A DNA stretch of 64,000 nt, taken from positions 186,001 to 250,000 of the forward strand of contig CBFFRQ010000019.1 in the NCBI GenBank assembly GCA_965644315.1, given 5' to 3'. The DNA is from Caecitellus pseudoparvulus (lineage: Eukaryota; Protista; Bigyra: Bicosoecida). Below the pieces are notes generated by a model. It was not told the DNA's origin. It did not search any database and worked only from the letters and a program-made list of their open reading frames with translations. Shown here piece by piece: positions 45,301 through 53,038 of this stretch. Both the position numbers and the translations under genes were made by a program. Within the stretch, counting starts at the first letter, position 1, and every line of letters starts with the position of its first letter.

Positions 45301-46211
45301 GGCTAGTTGCCAGCCCTGGTACGTCGCGTGGCGATGCGCACTTTGCGCGCTTCATGGCCTCCGTCAAGTCCGCAGGGCCCACAGGCCTCTCCGCTCCTCT
45401 GGAGCTGTGGTCCGACCCCACGCACCTCAAGCACACCATGCAGGCGCTGCAGTTTGCGTACTTGCAGCTCAGCGACAGTCTCTCTACGAGGGCGCTGCAG
45501 CGAGTGCTTGCAGGCATCCTCGCCCGCACAGGCCCCCTGACTGTGGGGCAGGTCGGCCGCGTCCTGCAAGACCTGTGTGGGGGCGGCGCCGTGCTCGCCA
45601 AAATCAAGGAGGCCCATGGCGGTTTGAAGCGCTTCTTGCAGAGCATGCCCTCCACATTCACCATGGCGGGTGACCACGCGTTCAACCCCCTGTGCTCCCT
45701 TGTAGGGCACACGGCTGCGACGAAGGCGCCAGCCACAACCAGCACGCAGCGGACAGGGGGGCGCGCAGGAGGGCAAAAGTCACGAAAACAGCGTGGCAGC
45801 ACTCCCTCCAGTGGAGCCCCCCCCCGTGGATCTCAGGCAGACCACGCAGGCGCTCCGCGCAGAGGGCAGGCTGGCGCCCGCCAGCAACAGGGCCAGCTTG
45901 GCCATGCTCCCCACCGGGGCCACTTCTCACAGGCAGGCATGCAGGGCCAGCCCACGTGGCCAGGTACCCAACAGCACTATGGTGGGCATGCAGGGGGCGG
46001 GAACACGTCTGCAGCTGCAGCTGCTGCGGCAGCCATGATGCAAGCAGCCAGCTGGCAGCAGCGCCAGGCTGGGGCGAGCCCCAGGTCCAGCATGCAGCGC
46101 CCAATGCGGGCTCACCCCGCCCCAATGCCCCATGGCATGCCCCATCATTGGCAAGGTGGCTGGGTGCCGCCGCTGCAACACGCCCACCAGCCCGGCCAGC
46201 CCCCAAAGTAG
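42330..46211 (+). CDS. PX domain + coiled coil + non-canonical poly(A) polymerase/OAS-type nucleotidyltransferase + LOTUS/winged-helix-like domain + Q/G/H-rich tail
   Basis: PX: YTVYTVQ..WEVRHRYRSLLRLH..FPSK..FIQQRQEHLEAWL. NTase: GSGATSTYLPGSDMD, AEVPVVRC, VDISLN, HLFKRSMLLLKA, FDW, VNVQDPL..ARSVS. wHTH: GPLTVGQVGRVL..IKEAHGGLKRFL. Confidence 0.82.
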   Translation: MSSPEAAEGAASGSGGSRSDAPRRRSKVPGGEEASRLRQAGTAAAGEDASETVHSSAPEPASVKRADGLQAGVLPQVSAVLVGHERLQEGTSKRPYTVYTVQLSTPMATWEVRHRYRSLLRLHRCLQRALGDAAPAFPSKSKLFSSNLAASFIQQRQEHLEAWLSKVVVMPSALQLEVVFELLDSPHGDLRTYVHLMSLSASHSGLNQAVEHSHARMESLQEALRRSNTTIFQLRMRVARMESALDVLFEAVSRASGSDASAMRQLLSGAPLHKQPLPSEPTESSAPLSFPPASQVRTRRSLSAQAVLRVAELWHSRAGPLKWEHGETGMAASHRPSRPAQAPPPPARHSSLSSPLPPTPEQTKSSGPTLADSAVSMPEGSGAAGLPLTSPPGGGAEDSDTTSEFSYEEPTASAVDRRAFTFPHPSMQGAVPALHGRRGSAKEKAEDPLDGAPLAVAWSLGTPDTRPPARSLQAAATSTAVHAEVDAVSFLDFAAQVEDRGSIDLDTHHTLSSASASGIRVEMAPRTASDLSSQGTGAAPAPALQAISGVFDAVVGMAAPTPEATAHRKRIHTFIADLLQRALGSECVLTGSGATSTYLPGSDMDTTLLVGHDHPPALVAWVSQLLTMIASGSKVDDAILSMRGMVADAAAEADEASADHGSTAPQRDVSKPAWLQGVAVDAASAPASSTYVPAWSDVDSSSPSEPTHVEDSLPALALHNVSFISAEVPVVRCTVAAVSVDISLNGAGAAAAAALLECADAWVGRNHLFKRSMLLLKAMLNFDVPEYHPSRPFLNESSAGTFSSWCLSIMMLSLLNSHPIPVDSPLRAVVLFVEEYADFDWGTHMITMDGPVHMYLNTRPRPTVQPRFITRKRLHPFRQFAHDTALHKQDEQHFDIRSVNVQDPLRPAANAARSVSRAGLQAISAGLQAARTRFRQLLFAVHEHRAEEAGVLDSPAVLAALHSILLGSVGNLFQARRPDTLPYKVPEATTGLVASPGTSRGDAHFARFMASVKSAGPTGLSAPLELWSDPTHLKHTMQALQFAYLQLSDSLSTRALQRVLAGILARTGPLTVGQVGRVLQDLCGGGAVLAKIKEAHGGLKRFLQSMPSTFTMAGDHAFNPLCSLVGHTAATKAPATTSTQRTGGRAGGQKSRKQRGSTPSSGAPPRGSQADHAGAPRRGQAGARQQQGQLGHAPHRGHFSQAGMQGQPTWPGTQQHYGGHAGGGNTSAAAAAAAAMMQAASWQQRQAGASPRSSMQRPMRAHPAPMPHGMPHHWQGGWVPPLQHAHQPGQPPK

Positions 46212-46445
46212 TCTGAGGGAACCAGTTCCTGCACCGCTGGACGGTTGCAGTGCTGCAGGTCCTTCACAATCTTCTCACGTCACTAATCCTTATCCAATTC
46301 AGGAGCCTTTTCAGAAACACAACCTGCTTTCTAGGTGACTGCGCATCTCATATCTATCTACGGTGAGGATCCGTGAGTGGGGTGTGCGAACGCCCAACCA
46401 ACTCGATTCCATGCGGAATTCGCCCAGCGCAGAGCACTTGCAAGC

Positions 46446-47216
46446 ATGGACGCTGAGCCCCACCCAAGCGCGGCAAAGCGAGAGGCAGACGAGGACTTCC
46501 ACCCAGAGCGATTTGCAGCATGGCAGCAGCTCCTGGCAGAGTTCATTGGCACTGCATTCCTACTCATGGCCATGGTTGGCGCGGGAATCCAAGCGAGTGC
46601 TGGCTCGGCAACAGTCTCAGACTTGGGCTTGCTCGGCATCTCCCTTGCCACCGGCCTGTCACTTTTCGTCCTCATCCCGACCTTTGGACACGTCTCGGGG
46701 GCCCACTTCAACCCTGTCGTCTCCCTGGTCATGGCCCTGCGCCGTGACATCACGCCGATCATGGCGGCGCTGTACACTGTCGCCCAGTGCGCAGGCGGAT
46801 TCGTCGGCCTTTGGATCGCCCACGCGATGTTCAAAGCTGACATCTTCCAAATCTCCACATCTGCTCGCTCTGGCTTTGGCATGTGGCTCGCTGAGTTCAT
46901 GTGCACGGCCGGCCTGCTGCTCGTCATCTTGAACACCAGCCGCGCTGCACCCCACGCAACACCGGCAGCCGTTGGGCTCTTCATCTTCGCCGCCTTTTGG
47001 TTCACAGCGTCAACTGCCTTTGCAAACCCTGCCGCTACACTGGCTCGCACCTTCACCAACACCCTCTCTGGCATTCGCCCAGCTGACATGGGGCAGTTCA
47101 TCGCATCACAGTACCTCGGTGCACTCTTCGCGTGGGCACTGAACACCTTCGCACTGCAGCCTCAAGACGACGCCACACCTACCCCCTTCTCTGCAAACAA
47201 GCCCTTGCTTGGCTAA
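46446..47216 (+). CDS. MIP/aquaporin of the bacterial AqpS (arsenic-resistance operon) type; intronless
   Basis: LLAEFIGTAFL, SGAHFNPVVSL, IAHAMF, RSGFGMWLAE and VGLFIFAAFWFTASTAFANPAATLARTFTNTLSGIRPAD. Confidence 0.92.
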   Translation: MDAEPHPSAAKREADEDFHPERFAAWQQLLAEFIGTAFLLMAMVGAGIQASAGSATVSDLGLLGISLATGLSLFVLIPTFGHVSGAHFNPVVSLVMALRRDITPIMAALYTVAQCAGGFVGLWIAHAMFKADIFQISTSARSGFGMWLAEFMCTAGLLLVILNTSRAAPHATPAAVGLFIFAAFWFTASTAFANPAATLARTFTNTLSGIRPADMGQFIASQYLGALFAWALNTFALQPQDDATPTPFSANKPLLG

Positions 47217-47418
47217 GCCCCCCCCTTGCCAGGGACACAGGCTAACTGCTGCCCTCCCCATCGGCCTCACCCTTCCTCACCAAAAACAGCCTTTGACCTT
47301 GACGGAGGCGCGCATGTAAGCAATGCATGGTGAAAAGAACAGCTAAGGACCAACCTAAAATTCTCCCCCAAAATGCTCAGAAGCGCAGCAAATGGGGAGC
47401 CGAGCGTAATGGTTGGCG

Positions 47419-47423
47419 AAAAA
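47419..47423 (-). terminator. Pol III oligo-T terminator of the tRNA gene
   Basis: TTTTT on the minus strand, 4 nt downstream of the tRNA 3' end. Confidence 0.7.
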
Positions 47424-47427
47424 GACA

Positions 47428-47500
47428 AGTCCGACACGGGCCTCGATCCCGCAACCTCTCGATCCGTAGTCAAGTGCGCTGCCAATTGCGCCAACCGGAC
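47428..47500 (-). tRNA. tRNA-Arg (anticodon ACG), intronless
   Basis: GTCCGGT TG GCGC AATTGGCA GCGC A CTTGA CTACGGA TCGAG AGGTT GCGGG ATCGAGG CCCGT GTCGGAC T folds into a complete 73-nt cloverleaf. Confidence 0.93.
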
Positions 47501-47521
47501 ATGGTTGTGCTCGATACTTTG

Positions 47522-47534
47522 GATATATTATAAT
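47522..47534 (-). promoter_or_regulatory. TATA-like element upstream of the tRNA gene
   Basis: ATTATAATATAT at about -23 to -34 from the tRNA 5' end, in otherwise GC-rich DNA. Confidence 0.55.
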
Positions 47535-48144
47535 GTGTAGTAGTAGCAGGCAAACTTGCTACTCGTGGCTTCGCTGCGGAGTGAAGCAGCTTGTCAGGTA
47601 ATGCAGCAGGAAGGGGCTGAGTCCAAGCAAGCGTGAAACGAAAGGGGCATGCGCTTCAGACGCGCAGTACAGTGATGTGTGCGAGGGCTCGCCCCGCGCT
47701 ACAGCGTGACTCGGAAGGGGGGGGGGGGGCTCGCAGCGCAGCAATCTCATCGGCCGAAGCACTCACTGCCGCGCATCAAACTCCCCACCGCACCCAGCAC
47801 CCACTACAAACTCAGCAACACGCACTTCAAGCGAAATACGCAGTCGAGTGTACTTGTTGTCTGTGGCTGCCCTGCTCTTGGCAGCGCGCAGTCTGCACTT
47901 GCGGTGCGTTGGGAGAGGCTGCTCAGGTTGCGCACTCCCACCACCACTTGCAAGCAGCGTTGAAGTCACGCCCCAAGCCGAACACCGCCACTGTGAGACT
48001 AAACCAACGCTTCAGCACTAGAACAAGCAGTAAGTGCTGTCCTGCACCATGGAGTGGCTCCCGTTGCGAGAGCATGTGGCTGCGGCTGTGGCCGCGTTGC
48101 CAGCTCTTGCGCCGGCAGAACCCGCCATTGTTTGACTTGCAGGC

Positions 48145-50277
48145 ATGGCGGCAGCAGCAGCGCCCACGGTGGGCAGGAGCTATGGAGGCAAGATAGGGCC
48201 ATTTCAGAAGCTGTGTTTGTCTGGATTGCCCGTTGACTGCCCAGAAGAGGTGGCTGCGGCGTTCAAGCAGGTGTGGCGGAAGATGGTGCTCAACAAGCGA
48301 GGCGCGTTTCTGCCCCTGAAGCATTTGGCTAAAGAGTTCAACGCTCTCGCAAACATGGCCGAGCAGCTGCATGGAGATGTACCCACGCCACAAGCGCTCT
48401 TGATTACAGGCCCGAAGGGCAACGGCAAAGTGTTGCTGTACCGCGCTTTCGCTGACTTCCTGGACGAGGAGAACACTGAACCCGCCGACGGCAAACTGAC
48501 CCTCTGCCTGCGCGTCAACCTGTCCAAGCGGAAGCCTGAGAACATGGGGTGCTTTCAGCAGTGGCTGCTGAGAGCGATCGCGATCAAGCTGCGCACCCTG
48601 GGACAGCACCTTGACTTGGCTGAAGCGTTCTTCCAGCTCGCCCAAGCTGCTGAGGGGAACCCGAGCACTCATGTGAGCACGCAGCAGCTGTCGGAAGCCC
48701 TGTCATCATGTGGCATTTCCGAGGCCCGGTCGCCTGAAGTGTGGGCAGCGCTGCTGGTGGCTCGTGAACAAGGGCGCTTGGCCGTCGCAAGCGCCCTTCT
48801 GAAGCAGGAAAGAATCGCTGTCATCTTGCACCTCGAAGAAGCCGAGTGTCTGTTCCAAGCCTCGGCCTTCAAGCTTGAGTGCGCCGAACAGTGGAGCTCC
48901 CAACTGATGGGGCTGCTCTCTGCTGCAAGCTCTGCCATCGGCATCGTGTTGACGACCTCATTTCTGCGAGCCCCACGGCTCTTCTTGCCCGATGGCAAGC
49001 CACACCTCTTCCCACGCGAGTTCACGCACTTGTGCTTACGAGCCAAGTGGAAGAATGCCAAGCTCAAACATGTTTCCTTAATCGGGGCCATGTGGGCGCG
49101 CCGGTCCCTTGCATCCTTCCTGCTCACGCACGCATGCAAAACAGTGGACCCTTCCTTCTCACTGTTCGGAAGGGTGCCTGGGGAGCTGCCGTCCGACGCA
49201 GCGCTAGACGTGGCGAGAGCTCTTGATGTGCATGTCCTGCGGCGCTGTGGCAGCGAAGGTGAGCAAAGCGACATGCAGATGCTCGACTCGTTCTTGGATC
49301 TCACACTGGAGCAGTACGGAGTCACACCCCGTGAGTTGGCGACTGCAGCAGCAAGTGACACCTTTCTACAGGAGCCCGTCAGCACACTGCCAGAAGCAAG
49401 TGGACCTGGCAGCGGCGGAGTCCCGTCTGAATCGGATGCGAGCCTTAAGCAGCACAGCACATCCGCCGCCTTGACAGCCTGTTCCAGTGCCTTCGAAGCT
49501 GAAACTCTGGAGCGGCTGCGCGCAGAAATCGTGTCAGAACTCCAAGCAGACTTGCAAGCACAAACTGCCGTGCAGGGAGCTGGAGGGTCAGGTGGTGATG
49601 GCCAAGCAGCGGAGGCTGAGGCGGGCTTGAGCGAACGAGCGCTCGCCGCGTACGACTCGCTGCAACGAGCTCATTCCACGTTGAAAGAGTGGATGACCCT
49701 CTTCAAAGGTGGATTCTGGATAAAGGAGGTCTCTAATTCTTGGGGCAGCAACGTACTTGGCGTGTTCCCTGAACATGGGGAGCGAGCGATGACTGTGAGG
49801 ATCGTGCGCTCATACACGATCCTGGCTTCCCAGGAAGTACTGAAGAGCGGAGACAGGGATGGCGTTGGGGCTGCCAAAGTGCAGGAAGTGGTGAAGGGCA
49901 TCATGGGCGTAGAATCCTTTGACGAAGCGCGACGAGAGCACCTGGGGCGATCGCATTTGCCAGCTGTGCGGGCGGTGGGTGACGTTTGTATTGCCGCCAT
50001 CGCGGAGAAGCTCAGCACGGTGCCAAGCCGAACCTCGCCGCGGATCTGGAAGGCATTTTTCGACAAGCTTGTGATGCGTGGCGACGTCCGCGTAGTAGAT
50101 GGCGGCGCCATGATTGCCACGACACACAGAGTCCCAGACGAACTGCGGGATTACGTGGAGAACCAACTCGGCATCCGCATCCTGGATGGCAGCAACCTGC
50201 GAGGGCATTGGGGGGCGTTGCAGCGTGTGTGCGATGCACAGGGAGTGTACCTGGAGGCAGCCGAGAGCCCACCATGA
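48145..50277 (+). CDS. Divergent P-loop NTPase with a possible degenerate C-terminal restriction-endonuclease-like domain (CR/Crinkler-effector-like architecture)
   Basis: 710-aa ORF with LLITGPKGNGKV (Walker A-like), IAVILHLEEAE (Walker B-like) and IVLTTS (sensor-like). The C-terminus has MIATTHRV..LGIRILDGSNL..HW. An upstream exon is possible via a GT-AG intron at 48030-48142. Confidence 0.6.
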   Translation: MAAAAAPTVGRSYGGKIGPFQKLCLSGLPVDCPEEVAAAFKQVWRKMVLNKRGAFLPLKHLAKEFNALANMAEQLHGDVPTPQALLITGPKGNGKVLLYRAFADFLDEENTEPADGKLTLCLRVNLSKRKPENMGCFQQWLLRAIAIKLRTLGQHLDLAEAFFQLAQAAEGNPSTHVSTQQLSEALSSCGISEARSPEVWAALLVAREQGRLAVASALLKQERIAVILHLEEAECLFQASAFKLECAEQWSSQLMGLLSAASSAIGIVLTTSFLRAPRLFLPDGKPHLFPREFTHLCLRAKWKNAKLKHVSLIGAMWARRSLASFLLTHACKTVDPSFSLFGRVPGELPSDAALDVARALDVHVLRRCGSEGEQSDMQMLDSFLDLTLEQYGVTPRELATAAASDTFLQEPVSTLPEASGPGSGGVPSESDASLKQHSTSAALTACSSAFEAETLERLRAEIVSELQADLQAQTAVQGAGGSGGDGQAAEAEAGLSERALAAYDSLQRAHSTLKEWMTLFKGGFWIKEVSNSWGSNVLGVFPEHGERAMTVRIVRSYTILASQEVLKSGDRDGVGAAKVQEVVKGIMGVESFDEARREHLGRSHLPAVRAVGDVCIAAIAEKLSTVPSRTSPRIWKAFFDKLVMRGDVRVVDGGAMIATTHRVPDELRDYVENQLGIRILDGSNLRGHWGALQRVCDAQGVYLEAAESPP

Positions 50278-50299
50278 CTGACAGTGGAGCCCAAGAGCC

Positions 50300-53030
50300 C
50301 AAACACCGAAGCACTTCGGCCGCATCACGAGCAAAGACAAGACTTCGCAAACAAAACACAAGAAACAACAATAAAATACAGTGCCGTGCCTTGTTCCACT
50401 TCGAGGCCCGCAAGGCGCTGCCTAACTTGCAGCAACTTGTACTCCTGCTTGTTCCTTGACTCGCTTACGAAGCCAACGAACCAAGCCGAACGGTTTGCTT
50501 ATGTCAAAGTCCGTTTACGAACCCCAGCGCGCCCTACAAACCACTTCAACCGCTGAATGTATCAGGGTGATCGCAAGCTGGAAACAATGCAGCACCTGCA
50601 GCTAAAAAAGAAAAAGTCAGTTCGATGACGCGCAATCACTTTTCGGCAATCAAAAACTTGTCGGACTTCCGTCAGAACAGATACAACAAGATCTCCTTTC
50701 AACAAGAATAACTTGCGCATCAGGAATGTCTCCAAGATGAAACTGAATGCAGCAATGATGTGTCACTTTTTACTGGCCACCGCCTGACCAGATACGAGAA
50801 TTGCTCTACCGCATGCACAACAACGTTTCACACAGAAAGCTGATTTTCATGGAGCAGTGTTTAGTGCATGACGCTCAGACTTGCTTTGTAAGGTCACCGG
50901 ATTGAATCATTAAAGTGTTGCAACTTTGAAAGGATAGGCCTGCGTTTTCTACTTGTTGAGGAAAAGAACGAAAAGTGCTTACCGTACCATTAACAAGATT
51001 TTGAGAACCGTTGCCCCAAGCTGCACGACGTATTGATTGTGCAGGTTTGAAGCTTCGAAGAATGCCAATTCGCGCATGGGGGGTAGGTTCTGTTGCAGAG
51101 CCGTACCAAAGCACCAACATGAGTGTCTCAAGTGGGTTGCACAACGTTCTGCATTCTGTATGGAATGGCTCCCTTCAGATTGAAATACATGCAAACGTTG
51201 CAAGAAAAAAGATAGATGCAAAGAAACATACTGGCGAAAGACAATCTATGGATGCCTTTTTCATAAAATCTTGATTTTCTAGTGAAAAAGAGTGACAAAC
51301 CTCCAAGCTATCCCTCAGTATCACTCAAGGTAGCATGCTCTCTTGTCTTGGCGATGCACAAGGAAGACTTGCTGGCTTGTCCACATGCAGTATGTGTGAA
51401 ATTGAGATCGGTCTACTTTGTGTTGTTCATTTCATCTTTTGAGCCTCGAATCCCGAGAGCTAGCTTGATCTTCTTTTTTCAGTAAGCGAGAAATCCTTCC
51501 TGTGGGTTTACACAGGTATCTTCTACCACAGCACACAAAGTGATCACAAATGATGTCCACAAAGGACCATGCGCGGAGCTTTGAGTGGACGAAGGACACG
51601 ACAAATGACTCGAAAGAGGCAGAATTTTCAGAGAGATCCGTGACACATTACAGTTCTCTTCAACTCTTGTGCATGAACCAGGAGAACGGGACAACTGCGG
51701 GATGAACGCCCTCTTCAACGCTTCAGAGTGTGCTTTCATTTTAACAAACTGGTTTATTGCGACCGATTCCAAATCTTGTGGACCAAGCATCTGTTGACGG
51801 AAGTAAAAAACGTTCTGGACTGATTTTACTATAAGGAAGAGTGCCTCTGCATGGAGTTGGCACTTCGTTGTTCTCATCAGCAATGTAAGAGTTGAGTACG
51901 TAAATGTGGAAGGAATGGACAGCTGATCAAAAGGAGTTCAACTGACACATGGTTCTATTTTGCGTGTATGCCACGAGCCCGTGGCGAGCATGTGGCAATG
52001 CTTCGCAACTATGGAACATGGATCACATTTGTTGTGAACCTGAGTTCCAGTTCCTACACGAAGTGATTCGGGGCAAGAATGCCCCATCCTGGGCCGCTCG
52101 GAATCTAGGTTGCATTCTCACTGAGCAGGTGACATGTAGTTTGCAACCATTTCCTTCAGATTATGTGCAACGTATAGTCTGCTCTCACTTCAGGGAAAAC
52201 ACTTCTTGTTGCTGGATCGCAGCCAAACTTCAGCATCCAAACACAGAATCCGAGCATTGTAAGATACAGTATCGGAGGGTTGTCGTGAATAAATGTGCAC
52301 GTTGACGTCAGTTCGTGAGAATCGTGAGTGCACCAACGTGTCCAGAAATTAATGTATTCCTTTTTGCATGACTGACATGTCATTTGAGCTCAGTGCACTG
52401 TCGTCATCCTGCGTTATGAATTTAGCGGCGAGAATGGCAATGCATGAAAAGTGTGTTTAGTACAAGCTCCAATGCCACGAAGCCATGCATACGGACAGTC
52501 TCTTCTGTGTCCTTTCCCAGCCCAGCGATACTGTGCTGCATTCAGCATTGGGTGGGAAAGCATCGTTGAAGTGAAAGATCAGCGATGCAGGACGGTTTTT
52601 TGGTTTCAAGTATTGCTGAGTTTGTCTTCCACTCCCCTGACGTCCGAGGTCTTCGGGAGGAAGAAGACAGCGAAGACCACGTGCTTCGTTGCTCAGAGCT
52701 GCGTGAAAGTGAGAAAGTCCAGCTTCAACCTTCAGCGATACTTTTTTACTGCACGGGTTTGGTGGTGCTTCTCGTTTTGCGGAACACTTCTGTCGCCTAT
52801 GACCGAGACACGGAGGGTATATACTCGGGTTCTGTTCAAAGGCGCGTAAGTGTTTTGTTTGTGGCTTGAGCGGGAGCACAGGCCTTTCGTTGTGGAAATC
52901 CAGAGCGTGAGTTGCGTCTTGTTCTTGTACATTTTTGTCGCTTTGTGCACATTTCTGATTCCGAGACAGGTTTGATCCTTGTGGTGCTCATCATACTTGT
53001 TGCTGTGACGGATTCCGTGCATTGCGAGCG
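50300..53030. other. Low-GC island lacking a convincing ORF (candidate centromere and/or cryptic intron-rich gene)
   Basis: Hand counts give 21/60 and 18/60 G+C at 51181-51300, versus 45/60 at 26761-26820. Only short ORFs without recognisable motifs are present. Confidence 0.6.
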
Positions 53031-53038
53031 TGGTTGTG

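Noticed and set aside
50300-53030. Low-GC island as an endogenous virophage, Polinton or retrotransposon
   Set aside because: No long AT-rich ORFs, capsid/integrase/RT motifs, terminal repeats or target-site duplication are visible, and GC changes gradually into flanking host genes. A highly decayed element cannot be fully excluded.
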